The position numbers were made by a program, and so were the translations under genes. The notes below the pieces were generated by a model. It was not told the DNA's origin. It saw nothing but the letters and a program-made list of their open reading frames with translations, and ran no database searches. 64,000 nt of DNA from an uncultured Oscillospiraceae bacterium (GTDB lineage: Bacteria > Bacillota > Clostridia > Acetivibrionales > DTU013), in assembly GCA_964512095.1 (NCBI GenBank), contig CAZEIH010000001.1:126091-190090 (forward strand), read 5' to 3'. How positions within the stretch are numbered: position 1 is the first letter of the stretch; the number at the start of each line of letters is the position of its first letter. This document shows positions 45,701 to 53,963 of this stretch, in pieces.

Positions 45701-46790
45701 GTCCATTCTGTGTGATCATGGCTTTTATGACATAATACTTGTCTTCGTCGCCCGGCTGCAGTGTCAGAAAAAACGTGGTGTCATCTGTAGACGCCATATA
45801 CTCCTCAATACTGCTGCCGCTTCCGCTTCCCCTGTATATCTGGTAGGTTACCTTGATATTGCTTTCAGCTAATCCTGTGACAACAGGACTCCATTCCAAT
45901 CTCCAAATAGTACCCGCGTCAGTTACAGACATTTTTGTGGTTTTTGCCAGTATGTAGCTGCTTACCACTACCACCGGACTGCTTGATGATCTTTTAAGTT
46001 CACTTTCAGTAGTATCTGGTTCGATCCTAATATAATAAACTCTGCCTGGATCCCTTGCTGTATGTATATATTCAAGCTTCCCCGTTGCTTCATTAACAGT
46101 AACTGGCCCATTCTGGCTGATTTGCTCCTGCCCTATGTATATTGGAGGGCTATTTGCAAATGACTTGTTTTCAGAAATATAAAGCTTATAGTCCATCCTC
46201 TTTCCAGAATTCCACACGTCATCCCATTCAATTTTAATCTGATTGGGACCATATGAATACGCATTTATGGCAATATCCGTCATGAATTTAACAGTATTAG
46301 AGGAATTGGACTCACTACTGGTATATGTGACAGAATCAGCGGTATATGTATAGTAGGCCTTGGCATTAGCATAGTACACTGAGCCTGAGCTCAAATCCTT
46401 CAATCTAATCTCATTGTCAGTATCAGTACTGGCAGGAATATTTCCTTCCTTCAATACTGAAGGCCTGGCAGGCTTGTATGGCTTGTTGATTTCCTGCAAA
46501 TAGTAGTTCATATATATGCTGGACGAGGGAACACCTTCAGGCCGTTTGATGCTGTCGGTCTTTAGGTCAACGTAATACTTATCAAACTCATTGTAACCAA
46601 TACCGGGCTGTTCATTATGAACTTCATTATATATGGCCTCTACCCTTAATCTCTCAGGCGCAGGCTGTGGCTCAATGATTGCAGCTGCCAAAGGCAAGGT
46701 AACAAGATTTTGCACCAGCAAAAGTATCGCCAATATGGCAACCACCATTTTCACAGCCATTTTTTTAATTGTATTGTAGCCCTTTCGCAT
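42777..46790 (-). CDS. Giant surface protein with multiple fibronectin-type-III-like repeats and a C-terminal SLH-like anchoring region
   Basis: 1337 aa with a signal/anchor. Recurrent ~90-aa beta-rich repeats with W/Y..Y signatures (…YYFKIVAK, YIVWVRAS, YYFWIQAE, YYARLYAY). The C-terminus ends with TVTRAEAMVLLEKVL. Confidence 0.7.
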   Translation of the reverse strand: MRKGYNTIKKMAVKMVVAILAILLLVQNLVTLPLAAAIIEPQPAPERLRVEAIYNEVHNEQPGIGYNEFDKYYVDLKTDSIKRPEGVPSSSIYMNYYLQEINKPYKPARPSVLKEGNIPASTDTDNEIRLKDLSSGSVYYANAKAYYTYTADSVTYTSSESNSSNTVKFMTDIAINAYSYGPNQIKIEWDDVWNSGKRMDYKLYISENKSFANSPPIYIGQEQISQNGPVTVNEATGKLEYIHTARDPGRVYYIRIEPDTTESELKRSSSSPVVVVSSYILAKTTKMSVTDAGTIWRLEWSPVVTGLAESNIKVTYQIYRGSGSGSSIEEYMASTDDTTFFLTLQPGDEDKYYVIKAMITQNGQDVYPGIRIQSTKIYVKESEVPSIPPVPELVPDFRNAGEVIISYEDELKADSAVILWRTPLKGNGDVDTDVMYDIWLINDPNLIDDPPSGTMIAASVKMNQSNFVMSGTKLIGYKYQVKDLIPNSTYYFKIVAKKDYVEFIESELQHITLESDAAMKVIITPTTGPIDQPLVPGTPPFRIKKDSEGKDSITNTSAVVTVQNAWYEEYSNTPRPDSSPVDGERWSWYYRTTSEIDAAGALELPPFNAVELEKNYDNDQTNDIETIDPLRFRKVEYDSGVTIDVGCVEYSPDIDYNDLENLPANKIIGFPSLPNDTEEDINDVDAVQDKRRHNIDITLTDLEPNKTYIVWVRASRRSVNLVSGPSDPIIITTIPELPEVIEKPTVPVFNYFHTGDTFIDLGWDFRSEYVYYLEYGTVDRLDASTNRLEITPDQLEFATYYRVNNLSPDTVYYFWIQAEASNASGEKRRSDFSDSYIVRTLKDIPPDTPLGFGVKGGSNAITKNSITYEWLTQEGMDYTLEIAEDISYSDSIRHEISNASEFTVEDLRSNFRYYARLYAYDPDKDLFSAPTQSVTVRTLRSSDDYDSSEDTGGVISGDYIVKDNAAINGVWNIRITGINADRFIQHVQTDNNLDHTIDMKKEPSGTKIISIRISQKVFTALGMLGENLILRTSSNTYIVRPGALANANGAYVHGTNGGDFVIEITPQSTIEGNVSNMTFKTPVSKVDVSVLDGMTFSIAKFQKPLKIVYDYSQASWYKPGTTFGYYLPDGDDSWQKTIGVGSFNPDIKKGLLSFEMPVPGRMAAVDQGHEFYDDTSRSYAARSIGNVAATHELKSVKGSSFEPSKNLTIGDGVKFMLDVMDEDYGADYMTLAAKAGIIKGVDKDKAGSYCSRELLISMAMRVCELKTGQKATSDTADMSIYRDIGQASASLLPRLRYAQDNGIITSRFSDILGPGDTVTRAEAMVLLEKVLRFAGEL

Positions 46791-46826
46791 ATTTATATCC
46801 CTTTCCAGTCCACTGATTATGTATTT

Positions 46827-49800
46827 CTAGATATCTTCCGTTAGACGTAGCAGCCTGACAAACGCTTCTGCTAGCTCTGCTCTTGATACAGTCCCTCTAG
46901 GATTAAATTTGCCATTTCCATCAAGCCGCATAACATTAATGTCAACTACCATTATTACCGAGGCATAATATTCATCACTAATGTTGCTTTCATCCGATAT
47001 CACGACTCTTCCTGCTGGCTTGAGACTTGCCGCATCAATGCCCTTCTTGACACAAAAGAGTCTGCTTAGCACTGCTGCAGTCTGTTGCCTATCCGCATTC
47101 CTAACAAGAGAATTGGGAGGTATTATACCGTCAAGCTTTAGCCTTGTAAGCCTATTTCTAGCGTCAAGCCCTGTGTTTTCAGAAGATTTTCCTATAACCT
47201 TTTCATAAAGCAATATTACTTCAGTACAGGTTACCTTGTTGTTCGGCATAAAACTGGTTTGTACACCAGGAAATACATCCTCCAAATCATATTGCGATAC
47301 TAGGCTCATAATGCTGTTCTCAGCCCAGTGCCCTTTTACATCTCCCGTTGGGTTCTTAGGTGCAAGTATCACATAGCTGCCCGGTCCAATAACAGTGAAC
47401 CTGGCAAAGGACCCTGACTCAACTACACCTGATGTAATCTTTTGCCAGCTAGCTGAGCTGTCATACAGAACATAAGGCACTCTAACACCTTTAGCTGTAC
47501 CACTTACAGTAAGGTTAACCGCTAGAGGAGCATCAAAGGATGATACATCTCTAACTGCAAAGGTCAACCTGGACGACTTCAATGTGCTATCTACATAGGC
47601 AGAAAGCTCTTTCTCAATCATTTCCACAAGGTTCCGTGTATATTGGTCAATAAGCTCGGACGATCCGGTCCCTCCCCCAACATATGCGTTCTGAAGCATG
47701 CTGAGCATCTTACTGACCAACCCTGCATCCTCATCATACAGCTTCTCATAAAACATTCCAGCCATATCGCCGTAAGCCACCGAAAAGCCCTGGGCCTGTA
47801 CTTCCATTCTGTTCACTTCAGAAACGGGAATCTGATTTGAAGGAAGAGACGGATAGATATCGCCTCCACGTCCTAGGTTCAGTTTCACATAAATATCCTT
47901 AACCTCATTCCTCTCGTAAATATCTTTAGTTATTTCACTAAAGGATGAATCCAGGGTCCCTGGCCTCAATACCAGCTGTGTACCATTTGTCCTAATCGCC
48001 AAGCTCTTTTTCACTGATTTCATTGTATTAACTACGTTTAAAGGTATATATATCTCATCCCTACTTATATTGACTGAAAGGCTTGAGATATCAACCACAA
48101 ATGTATCACCTGAGGAATTCTTTAATGCATCCTCAACTCTGTCACCCTTTAGCAGTATGGTAGTGGTGCCTTTTCCCATGGCCACTTTCCAAAAATAACC
48201 TTTATCCAGATCCTTCATCCTGTCCAGGAAAACAGCCCTCTGCTGTTCCTCCCTATCCTTATTGTCATAGTCCTCTTGGTTAAATTCAGTTCTGAAGCTT
48301 ACCGGTCCAATATATTTAGAATATGATAAAAGATCTGTCTCCACAGGATCAACCTTTACAGCTCGAACCTTTATCAGATACCTAACATTTGAACGCAAGG
48401 GCTGCTTTATCACAACGCCACCAGGCAGGGCAACATTCATTGTCTTAATCCTAGCATAGTAATGTAGCTCATCAGTTTTAAGCGTTCTTGCTGCTTCGTC
48501 AGTATAATATGGCAGTATGGAGCCATTTTTATCAGCATAATGTTCCAGGTCACCAGTATTAAGTATCGTATATTCAGCAGAGCCCTCCTCCATAATGGCT
48601 ATCTCATATCGGGCATAATTGTCCAGAGGCTTGCCAATCCATTTTATCTCAAGCTGGTGAAAGCTATCCCTTGTCATTAGTCCAGCTTTTTCAAGCACTA
48701 CGGTATCATTACCCTTAGACACCTTAACATCGTAAGCGGTTCCAGACTTTAGTCCTGTTACCCTTCCATAATATGTTCTTCCGTCAGGATCCTTAATAAC
48801 ACTGGATTGGGCCCTTGTCATTAGCTTATATACAGCGTCAGATGAGGTCTTTATGTATATCCTGAAGTCATCTCCAGTCAAGCCAACAGTTTCATCATTC
48901 CACCAAAAGCCAAGCTCCGGAATCTGTATGACCTCTAATGATGAAGGGGGATCAATAAGGGCAGTAGTAACAGGAATCGAAACCCAAACACTTTCTGATG
49001 AAGGCTCCAGTAGATTTCTGTTATTATCCACTCTTATAGTCTTCAAGCTGAAATAGTACAGCTTGTTTGGAAACATTGCCCTATCCACAGTAAAGGTGCA
49101 CACTCCGTCAATATAGGTGAATCTTCCCTCATAAGAATTAGATTCATCGGCTGGATCAAGGTAAATAACCTTTCTGTCCGGAGCATCTGCTGCATGCCTT
49201 CCAAATTCCGCAAGTAGGCTAGTATACTCTGGGTCGTTTTCATATTCCGCCAGCTCGGCTGTTGGATTTACCTTACTTGTAGTCCTGATTAGCTGATATA
49301 GCACATCATCCTCCTGCCCAGGCCAGGTAAATGTTACACTACTTCCTGAAATCCGCCGGTTTCCGTTGCTATCAACTGCTATTGTAAAGTCTGTCGGCGC
49401 CAGAGGCTTTCTCTTACTATCATCAGGAGGAGTTATGACCAGCAGAACAGTCGTAACCGGAAGAATTGCCGTGTTCATTGATGTCTTCGTTTCAACCTGG
49501 TCCCCGTCAGACCTCCTACTCACAACCAGCCTGGTCCTTACAAGATAATAGTATGTAGTATTTGGCAGCAGTTCAGGACCGAAAACCGTACGGGGAGTTC
49601 TTGTTTCATCCTCCTGAAGAAGACCACAGCTGATAAGTCTATCAGTATTCTCCTGTGTAAACTGGCTTATCCTTGATATTACAGAAGTACTCTGCACATC
49701 ATCTGCTCCCGAAAAGCCAACATCCCCGTTTAAATCCTGTGTTGTACCAATGGGAATGAATTCAGTATTTGTCCTTGTATTCATGTAGATATCATAGTAG

Positions 49801-51884
49801 ATATCATATTTATACTCCAGTTCATTGTAATCGGTAGTGTAATTCTTCCAGTCCAGATTAGACACCTTGTCGAATCTTAGGCTAATATTATTACCCTCTC
49901 TGTTTCCGATAGTAAACTTTGAGTTTTCTTCAAGCTCAAAGCTCATGGGTAGCGGGACATCCAGCTCCACACCATTGAGAGTGGTAAAGCTGGTAATGAT
50001 GGATCTGTCAGACATTGCATCAGAGCCGGCAGCTCCCGCCTGTGATGCGCTATCTGCAATAGTCGTATACATTTGCATATAATATACGGTATTTGGAACA
50101 AGAAAACTCGGATATGTTTCATCACCGACAGCCCTGTCTATTGGGCCTGAGGATTCCGTGAACGTACTGTCATCTACATCGTCCCAGGTGAAAAGATCAA
50201 AAGCACTAATGGTGTATTCTAGCCTGTTTCCCACATCTGTTATATCCGGCGATATAGCACTTATATATTTGACCATTCGGTATTTGACATCATAGCCCTC
50301 GTCAGCACCCCACAGCTTACCATTTACATAGATTGGAGCCTTTGATGGTAACTCTGATTGATTGGTACTGATTAAAAAATGAAAATAGAGATCGTTCTTT
50401 ATGCTATCCCAATTACTAGGCTTCTCCCATGAAAGAGTAATATCTGACGACTTAACTGTAATATCCTCTGCTGAAGGGCTATTGACTGTACCAATATTAA
50501 GCTCTCTATTGATAACTGCAATGTTCATCGGCAGAGGAGGTCTGCTTGTATCAACAGTTAGAGTATAAGGCATTGCCAGTGACTCCAGCCTGTCTGTAGA
50601 ATTTTCAGACTTTACTACAATTTTATAATAGACTGTATTGTTTGGATTAATTCCAGATAAAACAGTAATGGCATAATCACCACTAAAATAGGAGTCATCC
50701 ATACTTTTCTTAACTTCCCAATCCCCATGCAACGAGGGATCGTCCGTGACCTGTACTTCATAATAAAGTCTGGGGAGATCCAGGCTACCCTGGTTTACCT
50801 TGTATATTTTTACATATATATTATTAGCACTATCCTTTGTCAGCTGAAATCGTATCGGAGTGTTTATATAGGATCTTTCACCTGAAAGCAGGCTACCGTT
50901 CTGATTTTCCGGGGAGCCTACGGTTACAACGGACACAAGTCCAATGTCATTATTGATATCCTTGTAAATAGGCTTAATGTTCATGTAGTAAACAGTACCA
51001 GGCAAAATTTCACTATCAGGCAAAATTTCGTCACTGGGGTCGTCTACCGGCATCTCAGAAGCAGTATCGGCCCTCCCCTCCAGTACAATACTTTGAAAGC
51101 CTTGAACATCGGGACCAGTCACAACCGCTCTTGGGTTCGTTGTGCCTGAAACATATGCTTCATATGTGCCGTCAGTATCCTGGTCGATGAGGATTGCAGC
51201 TTGGGAGGATCCTGAATTTAACAGGTTCATTCTACTTGAAATGTTGATTCTGAAATTCAAGGTGTTCAAATCCCGTGGATTGTCTATATATATATCATTT
51301 AGTGAGTTTTCCATGAAATCCTTAACGTCTGTAGCCGAGGCCTCCGCGAATACATCACCAAGAACAGGATCTGAGTAATAAGCCTTTGGTATCCTCCAAT
51401 TCAGCTTCAGCTTTGGTCGTGCACCTATTTCGCGGCCTCCGCCGGGAATATCGTAAAAAACCTGATCAGGTGTTGACGCAGTGAAAGTAATAGAGGTCAA
51501 GAAAAACAAAAGCCCTCTTCCTGTAGGCTCCCCTACTGGCTTGTTATCACTGTCTACTTCTCCATATAAAGTAACATTTATATCGTATATATAATCCGCC
51601 TTAAGGCCTTTGATAGGTGGAGAAACTGATTCACCCCTAACATATATTGCCTCAGCCCCTACAGCGTTATCAGCACCATCTGGCACATGGTATGTAATTA
51701 CTGCTAGCTGAGTGCCCGCAGGCTGATTCCATTTGACAATCAGCTCACCGTTTTGATAGCTAACCACCGATACAGTTACCGGCATCGCTGCCGCATATAT
51801 ATTTAGAGAAAGACCAGCAAACATGGTGCAAATAAATGCTATGGTAATGACCAAAGTAATATATTTCTTAGTTCGTATCATCAA
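46827..51884 (-). CDS. Giant surface protein with FN3-like repeats and C-terminal SLH domains
   Basis: 1685 aa with a signal peptide. Repeats ending …YYMNIKPI, YYKIVVKS, YYMQMYTT, YYYLVRTR, YYFSLKTI, YDVKVSKG, YLIKVRAV. SLH motifs GDVKGHWAENSIMSLV and TVSRAELAEAFVRLL. Confidence 0.75.
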   Translation of the reverse strand: MMIRTKKYITLVITIAFICTMFAGLSLNIYAAAMPVTVSVVSYQNGELIVKWNQPAGTQLAVITYHVPDGADNAVGAEAIYVRGESVSPPIKGLKADYIYDINVTLYGEVDSDNKPVGEPTGRGLLFFLTSITFTASTPDQVFYDIPGGGREIGARPKLKLNWRIPKAYYSDPVLGDVFAEASATDVKDFMENSLNDIYIDNPRDLNTLNFRINISSRMNLLNSGSSQAAILIDQDTDGTYEAYVSGTTNPRAVVTGPDVQGFQSIVLEGRADTASEMPVDDPSDEILPDSEILPGTVYYMNIKPIYKDINNDIGLVSVVTVGSPENQNGSLLSGERSYINTPIRFQLTKDSANNIYVKIYKVNQGSLDLPRLYYEVQVTDDPSLHGDWEVKKSMDDSYFSGDYAITVLSGINPNNTVYYKIVVKSENSTDRLESLAMPYTLTVDTSRPPLPMNIAVINRELNIGTVNSPSAEDITVKSSDITLSWEKPSNWDSIKNDLYFHFLISTNQSELPSKAPIYVNGKLWGADEGYDVKYRMVKYISAISPDITDVGNRLEYTISAFDLFTWDDVDDSTFTESSGPIDRAVGDETYPSFLVPNTVYYMQMYTTIADSASQAGAAGSDAMSDRSIITSFTTLNGVELDVPLPMSFELEENSKFTIGNREGNNISLRFDKVSNLDWKNYTTDYNELEYKYDIYYDIYMNTRTNTEFIPIGTTQDLNGDVGFSGADDVQSTSVISRISQFTQENTDRLISCGLLQEDETRTPRTVFGPELLPNTTYYYLVRTRLVVSRRSDGDQVETKTSMNTAILPVTTVLLVITPPDDSKRKPLAPTDFTIAVDSNGNRRISGSSVTFTWPGQEDDVLYQLIRTTSKVNPTAELAEYENDPEYTSLLAEFGRHAADAPDRKVIYLDPADESNSYEGRFTYIDGVCTFTVDRAMFPNKLYYFSLKTIRVDNNRNLLEPSSESVWVSIPVTTALIDPPSSLEVIQIPELGFWWNDETVGLTGDDFRIYIKTSSDAVYKLMTRAQSSVIKDPDGRTYYGRVTGLKSGTAYDVKVSKGNDTVVLEKAGLMTRDSFHQLEIKWIGKPLDNYARYEIAIMEEGSAEYTILNTGDLEHYADKNGSILPYYTDEAARTLKTDELHYYARIKTMNVALPGGVVIKQPLRSNVRYLIKVRAVKVDPVETDLLSYSKYIGPVSFRTEFNQEDYDNKDREEQQRAVFLDRMKDLDKGYFWKVAMGKGTTTILLKGDRVEDALKNSSGDTFVVDISSLSVNISRDEIYIPLNVVNTMKSVKKSLAIRTNGTQLVLRPGTLDSSFSEITKDIYERNEVKDIYVKLNLGRGGDIYPSLPSNQIPVSEVNRMEVQAQGFSVAYGDMAGMFYEKLYDEDAGLVSKMLSMLQNAYVGGGTGSSELIDQYTRNLVEMIEKELSAYVDSTLKSSRLTFAVRDVSSFDAPLAVNLTVSGTAKGVRVPYVLYDSSASWQKITSGVVESGSFARFTVIGPGSYVILAPKNPTGDVKGHWAENSIMSLVSQYDLEDVFPGVQTSFMPNNKVTCTEVILLYEKVIGKSSENTGLDARNRLTRLKLDGIIPPNSLVRNADRQQTAAVLSRLFCVKKGIDAASLKPAGRVVISDESNISDEYYASVIMVVDINVMRLDGNGKFNPRGTVSRAELAEAFVRLLRLTEDI

Positions 51885-52081
51885 TCTAGAACCCTCCGAT
51901 TATGAAAGCTAAATCCTCGCTATAACCATAATCCACTGAAAAACACTGTGGCTTAGCAGAGTTTAACGAGGTAGGAGATATCTATCACCTTGCTATATTT
52001 ATCGGCATCAAAGTAGCTTGAATTAATGCCTCCCAAAGATATAATCGGAGAAAACGGATAAATGTAATTGAACTGTAATGT

Positions 52082-52417
52082 TTACTTGCGCTTTGATGGT
52101 ATGTCCTTATAGTGTGCCTTGCTAACGAGTATCTGGTTTCTTCCATTTTTAAAAGACTTTCGCACATCATACCCACGCATGACAAGAGTATCATATATTT
52201 CATCAGTCTGATTATAGTAATTGTTCCCAATGTCTAACACAAGGGTTTCTCCAGGTCTAAGCTCATTTGAAATGTCATTTAAGGTTGTGTCAAACTGCAA
52301 GCTCTCGGCATTAATAACCTTGCTATCAAGCTCCTCATCATACATAGGCCTGTTCGCGCTTGTGTCAAATTCACTATTATCTCTATTACTTAAGCCCTTA
52401 CTCCTTGAATAATCCAT
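52082..52417 (-). CDS. Hypothetical small protein
   Basis: 111 aa. RBS GGGAGGA 8 nt before the ATG. Confidence 0.5.
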   Translation of the reverse strand: MDYSRSKGLSNRDNSEFDTSANRPMYDEELDSKVINAESLQFDTTLNDISNELRPGETLVLDIGNNYYNQTDEIYDTLVMRGYDVRKSFKNGRNQILVSKAHYKDIPSKRK

Positions 52418-52528
52418 ATGCTGTATCCTCCCGTATATGGTAGCAATATCTGAGCGTTCTCTATGTTTTGTTTGTATGATATAGTATTAGCATGAAACAT
52501 TATTTTTATCATTTACGGAGAAATCAGC

Positions 52529-53065
52529 ATGACAGAAAATAAAAATCTGGTTTTAATAGGAATGCCGGGGTCAGGCAAAAGCACTGTAGGTGTTTTGCTT
52601 GCAAAAGCGCTGAAAATGCCTTTTGTTGATACTGACTTACTGATACAGCGTCAAGAAAACAGTTACCTGCAGGAATTGATTGAATTAAACGGAATAGAAG
52701 ACTTTATAAAAACAGAAGAACGTATCGTATTGGGGCTTGATTTGGAAAACCACGTTATAGCTACCGGTGGGAGTGTGATCTACAGCCAGCCTGCCATAGA
52801 CCACCTCAAATCTGAAGGAGTGGTTTTTTTCCTTAATTCAAAAATGTATCAGCTTGAGCGCAGACTCAAAAATGCCCAGACTCGTGGTATAGCCATGCAA
52901 CCAGGCCAGTCTATAACAGATTTGTATGCGGAAAGAATGCCTCTATATAGAAAATATGCTGATATCGAAATAGACTGTTCAAAAAAGCATATTGAAACCA
53001 TAATTTTAGAAATAAAAGAAAAATATTTAAATCTATGTATAAAGAAATGCAAAAGAGGTCAATAA
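52529..53065 (+). CDS. aroK: Shikimate kinase
   Basis: 178 aa. Walker A LIGMPGSGKSTVG, then DTD and an ATGGS-type motif (ATGGSVIY). Confidence 0.85.
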   Translation: MTENKNLVLIGMPGSGKSTVGVLLAKALKMPFVDTDLLIQRQENSYLQELIELNGIEDFIKTEERIVLGLDLENHVIATGGSVIYSQPAIDHLKSEGVVFFLNSKMYQLERRLKNAQTRGIAMQPGQSITDLYAERMPLYRKYADIEIDCSKKHIETIILEIKEKYLNLCIKKCKRGQ

Positions 53066-53154
53066 TATAACTGACCTCACAAAATACATTTTGACCCCCT
53101 TTACATGGTTAGTCGCCAGACTAACCACTTTTTTTGCCCTTTTCCAGTTTATGC

Positions 53155-53676
53155 TTACCAGTTACCCGAATTAGCACTTCTATTTCGTCTTGAAACCAGT
53201 ATTAGTCCTCCAACAAGTAGTAGTACAGGTAAAAGAAGTCCTAAGTCAAATATACCCAAAATGAATCTAAATGCCATAACAATGAAGCAGGCTACAGCCA
53301 TACCACCAATTATTCCTATAGCTGTCATAAGCCCCCTTGGCTTTCCACTGTGCAGATAAAGCTGGAATAGTCCCACTGCTACACCCAAAAGGTAAATCGG
53401 CCATGTAATAGCAGCAAACCGCCAGTTTGTAGACACTTCAAAGAAAAAGAGTAGGCTATAGGTAGTCAGTATCCCTCCTGGTACAAGAAGTCCCGGAGCC
53501 TTCAAGCTAATATAGTAGGCAAGCTCAAAGCCCGCCCCCACTAGAAAAATGATAATTGGCCAAAAATCCCCTGAATCAAGTGACAATAAAGGCCTGTTAA
53601 ATAAAAAGCGAGCTGCTAGAAGCAAACCACCTGCTATTATAAGCAGTCCTCCCAGTGATGTATTATTCCTTCTCAT
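53155..53676 (-). CDS. Small polytopic membrane protein (LiaI/LiaF-like TM protein, tentative)
   Basis: 173 aa with about 5 TM segments. N-terminus SLGGLLIIAGGLLLAARF. Confidence 0.5.
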   Translation of the reverse strand: MRRNNTSLGGLLIIAGGLLLAARFLFNRPLLSLDSGDFWPIIIFLVGAGFELAYYISLKAPGLLVPGGILTTYSLLFFFEVSTNWRFAAITWPIYLLGVAVGLFQLYLHSGKPRGLMTAIGIIGGMAVACFIVMAFRFILGIFDLGLLLPVLLLVGGLILVSRRNRSANSGNW

Positions 53677-53870
53677 ATAATTACCTCCAATATGCCCGTA
53701 TTATTAATCCGACTATTCAAGCGATTAATAAAGGCAGATGACCAGTGACGTCACTAATTCTATTCATGCCTCCAGATACCTGATTAGTAGTGATTCTAAT
53801 TATTGATACTAAATACCGGGATATATGTCTGATATTTTGAGAGTAATAGATATCCTCAGAACACTCGTTT

Positions 53871-53946
53871 TGTGGAAATGTTTCTGTGGATAATGTTGAT
53901 AAGTCTGTGCATAACCTTGTTTTTTGGGACATACGGCTGTGGATAA
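53871..53946 (-). promoter_or_regulatory. Cluster of four co-oriented DnaA boxes
   Basis: Minus-strand TTATCCACA at 53893-53885 and 53946-53938 (both perfect), TTATGCACA at 53914-53906 (one mismatch), and ATTTCCACA at 53879-53871 (two mismatches). Confidence 0.6.
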
Positions 53947-53963
53947 CCCTCTATTTACCCATT

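Noticed and set aside
51985-52230. 81-aa ORF overlapping the 3' part of 52082-52417
   Set aside because: It is out of frame and overlaps a better-supported ORF that has a strong RBS. It has no signals of its own.
53717-53932. 71-aa minus-strand ORF between the GGDEF-EAL gene and the membrane-protein gene
   Set aside because: It has no RBS, it overlaps the DnaA-box cluster, and its composition is atypical. It is more likely non-coding regulatory DNA.
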